Assembly: GCF_001194135.2 (NCBI RefSeq)
Contig: NC_068986.1
Coordinates: 49,585,924 to 49,636,469, forward strand
DNA: 50,546 nt
Source of the DNA: Octopus bimaculoides
Lineage: Eukaryota
Direction: 5' to 3'
Positions 46,365 through 50,546 of this stretch are shown in pieces. Under the pieces are notes generated by a model that was given only the letters and a program-made list of their open reading frames with translations, had not been told where the DNA came from and ran no database searches. Each line of letters opens with the position of its first letter. Position 1 is the first letter of the stretch. A program made the position numbers and the translations under genes.

Positions 46365-47078
46365 ATAGATAGAGGAAAGTGAGGAAAGCAAAAAAAAAAG
46401 GAGAAAGAAAACCAGTCTTGGAGAGAAATATGCAATGCTCTTTGTAACTGGTGTGTGTGTGTGTTCATACAGGTGCGTATGGAATCCGTGAGCAAAATGA
46501 GAGTGGGATGGGGTGGGGTGGGGTGAAGGCTGATAATAAATGAGAGAAATAAGAGAAATATAATGTGGAGACAGAAATATCTAATATGTTGACAGGGNNN
46601 NNNNNNNNNNNNNNNNNNNNNNNNNNNNNNNNNNNNNNNNNNNNNNNNNNNNNNNNNNNNNNNNNNNNNNNNNNNNNNNNNNNNNNNNNNNNNNNNNNNN
46701 NNNNNNNNNNNNNNNNNNNNNNNNNNNNNNNNNNNNNNNNNNNNNNNNNNNNNNNNNNNNNNNNNNNNNNNNNNNNNNNNNNNNNNNNNNNNNNNNNNNN
46801 NNNNNNNNNNNNNNNNNNNNNNNNNNNNNNNNNNNNNNNNNNNNNNNNNNNNNNNNNNNNNNNNNNNNNNNNNNNNNNNNNNNNNNNNNNNNNNNNNNNN
46901 NNNNNNNNNNNNNNNNNNNNNNNNNNNNNNNNNNNNNNNNNNNNNNNNNNNNNNNNNNNNNNNNNNNNNNNNNNNNNNNNNNNNNNNNNNNNNNNNNNNN
47001 NNNNNNNNNNNNNNNNNNNNNNNNNNNNNNNNNNNNNNNNNNNNNNNNNNNNNNNNNNNNNNNNNNNNNNNNNNNNNN

Positions 47079-47119
<41 letters not shown>

Positions 47120-47125
<6 letters not shown>

Positions 47126-47345
47126 ATATAAGTGTGCGTGTGAGTGTTTGTCCCCCTCACCACCACCACCATCGCTTGACAACCGATGTTGATGTGTTTA
47201 CATCACCGTAACTTAGCAGCTGAGCGTTAGAGACCGCTAGAATAAGTACTAAGCTTTACAAAGAATAAGTCCTGGGGTCAATTTGTTTGACTAAAGGCTG
47301 TGCTCCAGCATGGCCACAGTCAAATGACTGAAACAAATAAAATAC
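47120..47345 (+). mobile_element. SINE family A 3' half
   Basis: catcgcttgacaaccgatg...gactgaaacaaataaaa. Confidence 0.75.
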
Positions 47346-47674
47346 ATATATATAGTAATATATGTGTAAAAAGGTTGAACTAGATTCGTCCTTCAATTTG
47401 GAGGTTTCCAGAAAAAGATTTTTAACATAGATTCTTCATATTTTGCTGGTAGCTTACTGGCGTAAATTTGCAAATATTTGCTGTGAATTTATGGCAAGAA
47501 ATGCCATAAAACTCAAAAATTTGTTAAAAATGGAGAAGAGAAGATGTTAAAATATATAAGAGAATTTTAATTCATGCAGACGATCGTTTCATACAGCAAT
47601 ATAAATGACATGCAAATTCATGGTTGAATAGAATTAATTAGATTAATCAAATTAAATTAAATTAATTATCTCTG

Positions 47675-47820
47675 AGTGGTTGGCGTTAGGGCATCCAGCT
47701 GTAGAAACTCTGCCAAATTAGATTGGAGCCTGGTGTTGCCATCCGGTTTCACCAGTCCTCAGTCAAATCGTCCAACCCATGCTAGCATGGAAAGCGGACG
47801 TTAAACGATGATGATGATGA
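47675..47820 (+). mobile_element. SINE family D 3' fragment
   Basis: gagtggttggcgttagggcatccagctgtagaaac...gttaaacgatgatgatgat. Confidence 0.75.
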
Positions 47821-48971
47821 TATATCACTGAACTTTTCAGTGCAAGAAGTATAAACAAAATTTTTGTAAAGGACTAGAGAAAGGAAATAGCAGAATAGGA
47901 TAAGAGATTCATATTTATCCTTATGAGCAAAAAAAAAAGAGTCCTGTTAAGTATTAACTAAAACACCTTTAGTCGAACAAATTGACCACAGGACTTAATC
48001 TTTGTAAGCCTAGTACTTATTCTATCAGTCTCTTATGCTGCACCGCTAAGTTACAGAATCTCTTATGCTGAACCGTAAGTTACAGGGGGGCAAACATAGA
48101 CACACATATACTTATATGTATAGAGAGAGAGAGAGAGAGAGAATTCACAAAAAAACAAAAGATGAAGACAGGTGGTGTAGACAACAAACAGATGTATTAG
48201 TGTAATGCACAGGAAGTGAGAAAGTCTTTAACGTTTCGAGCCTACACTCTTCCATGGAAAGGAACACAGAAAGAAACAGGGAGAGAAAATAAAGAGAGAA
48301 AATAAAGAATGTGTAGTGGCTAGTGATCTATAANNNNNNNNNNNNNNNNNNNNNNNNNNNNNNNNNNNNNNNNNNNNNNNNNNNNNNNNNNNNNNNNNNN
48401 NNNNNNNNNNNNNNNNNNNNNNNNNNNNNNNNNNNNNNNNNNNNNNNNNNNNNNNNNNNNNNNNNNNNNNNNNNNNNNNNNNNNNNNNNNNNNNNNNNNN
48501 NNNNNNNNNNNNNNNNNNNNNNNNNNNNNNNNNNNNNNNNNNNNNNNNNNNNNNNNNNNNNNNNNNNNNNNNNNNNNNNNNNNNNNNNNNNNNNNNNNNN
48601 NNNNNNNNNNNNNNNNNNNNNNNNNNNNNNNNNNNNNNNNNNNNNNNNNNNNNNNNNNNNNNNNNNNNNNNNNNNNNNNNNNNNNNNNNNNNNNNNNNNN
48701 NNNNNNNNNNNNNNNNNNNNNNNNNNNNNNNNNNNNNNNNNNNNNNNNNNNNNNNNNNNNNNNNNNNNNNNNNNNNNNNNNNNNNNNNNNNNNNNNNNNN
48801 NNNNNNNNNNNNNNNNNNNNNNNNNNNNNNNNNNNNNNNNNNNNNNNNNNNNNNNNCCCTAAAACTATATATTTTATATATACTTTATCTATAAGGCTCA
48901 ATTTAATTTTAATTTTTTATAAATTGATTTTAATTGAGTTTTTTACCTGTAATTTTGGATTTTGTCCCTAA

Positions 48972-49030
<59 letters not shown>

Positions 49031-49034
<4 letters not shown>

Positions 49035-49255
49035 CAAAAGTCATCTGACAGTAAATCAAAACCATTTAATTCCAAGATTTATTTATGTTTAACAACTGAA
49101 TGAATTTAATAAATTCAATATGAAACATCATGAAGATTGTTCAAACTGAATTCCTTTTTTGAGCGACACATTTTATCCATTACAAGTCAACACAGAATTA
49201 CAGAGAGTATTTATGGCATTTTGATTTACTGTCAGGTGACTTTTGGTCAACCCAG
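49031..49255. mobile_element. Second copy of the Tc1-type MITE (opposite orientation)
   Basis: Same TIRs; the internal sequence is the reverse complement of 23029-23261. Confidence 0.8.
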
Positions 49256-49267
49256 TATATATATATA

Positions 49268-49630
49268 GGCACAGGTATGGTTATGTGGTTAAGAATTTTG
49301 TTTTGCAAATTGTTGTTTCCGGTTCAGTCCTACTGTACAGCACCTTGAGAAAGAGTCTACTATAGCCGCCGGCTGACCAATGTCCTATGTTTATCTATGC
49401 GCACGTGTCTTTGTGTCTGTGCTTGCTCCCACTCCCACCACCACCACTATGGCTTCACAACCAGTGTTGTTTATGTCTCTGTAACTTAGCAGTTTGGCAA
49501 AAGAGACTGATAGAATAAACACCAGATTTCAAAAAAAAAAAAAAAAACAGTTCTGGGATTGATTCATTTGACTAAAATTCTTGAAGGCAGTGTGCCAGCG
49601 TGTCTGAAGAATAACGAATGAAACAAGCGA
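49268..49630 (+). mobile_element. SINE family A, degenerate
   Basis: ggcacaggtatggttatgtggttaag...gtctactatagcc...cttagcagtttggcaaaagagac. Confidence 0.65.
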
Positions 49631-49657
49631 AAGGTGAAAACAGCTATCCACCTCTAG

Positions 49658-49703
<46 letters not shown>

Positions 49704-50065
49704 ATAATAAATAAAATAAAATAAAAGCTGAAGAATTAATGAAACTAATTTTTAAAAAATCCAGAAGGTGATGCTAATGACAGCATAGTAATAACATGAA
49801 GAGGGATATGATATTGATTATAGGTAGATTAATCTGTTAAGGGGAAAGCGGATGGAGGGAGAAGGGGGAAGAAGGGGAGGAGGAGGAGGAAGGATGATGA
49901 GGCTATAGAAAAAGTAGAGCAAGAGGCAGACAAGGAATATAATAGGATAACTGAGAAGATAGAAAAGGCAGGAAGAAGAAAAAAAAATTGAAAGCAATAC
50001 TGAAGAAGAATGGAGAAAGTAAAAGGTACAGGATAAAAAAAAAGGATAATATAGAAATGTTTAGT

Positions 50066-50135
50066 CTGGGGTTTCTCAGCCGGGGCTCATATGACCCTTA
50101 GGGGTCTACATAAGATTTTGTCGTTAAAATGTATA
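50066..50135. mobile_element. Probable hAT MITE left end, interrupted by a SINE
   Basis: ctggggtttctcagccggggctcatatgaccc resembles a CAGGGGTTCTCAAC-type terminus. Confidence 0.4.
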
Positions 50136-50136
50136 C

Positions 50137-50515
50137 TCTTTTACTTGTTTCAGCCGTGTAACTGCGGCCATGCTGGAGCACCGCCTTTAGTCGAGCAAAT
50201 CGATCCCCAGGACTTATTCTTTGTAAGCCTAGTACTTATTCTATCGGTCTCTTTTGCCGAACCGCTAAGTTACGGGGACGTAAACACACCAGCATCAGTT
50301 GTCAAGCGATGTTGGGGGGACAAACACAAACACACATATATATATACATATATACGACGGGCTTCTTTCAGTTTCCGTCTACCAAATCACAAGGCTTTGG
50401 TTGGCCCGAGGCTATAGTAGAAGACACTTGCCCAAGAAACCAAGTAATGGGATTGAACCAGAAACCATGTGGTTGCAAAGCTAGCTTCTTAACCACACAA
50501 CCATATCTGCACCTA
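50137..50515 (-). mobile_element. SINE family A
   Basis: Reverse complement of the family A consensus. Confidence 0.8.
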
Positions 50516-50546
50516 TGAAATGTATAAAAGCAGACGAATGGTTAAA

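Overview
Eukaryotic, AT-rich, very repeat-dense draft-genome window with nine N-gaps. The SINE and MITE families and the microsatellite load point to an octopus or other coleoid genome; this is inferred from repeat families I recognise, not from a search. Only one protein-coding gene is well supported: a minus-strand C2H2 zinc-finger gene (CDS 13456-17400, about 1314 aa, one uninterrupted coding exon behind a clear splice acceptor). Its C-terminal finger array matches ZNF407 motif by motif. The remainder is transposon debris: at least four tRNA-derived or RTE-related SINE families, two R4/Dong-type non-LTR retrotransposon fragments in (AAT)n tracts, a mariner 5' fragment, piggyBac-, Tc1- and hAT-type MITEs, Helitron/Helentron-like elements, a Penelope-like GIY-YIG fragment and many microsatellites. 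No rRNA, genuine tRNA or CRISPR is present. The most unexplained structure is a set of three long foldback palindromes anchored on (TA)n tracts at 28.1-32.5 kb, next to Penelope-like remnants and degenerate hammerhead-like motifs. Also notable are an (AAT)n-anchored retroelement nest at 5-11 kb and the intronless ZNF407-like CDS. I cannot claim a new biological system; these are leads.
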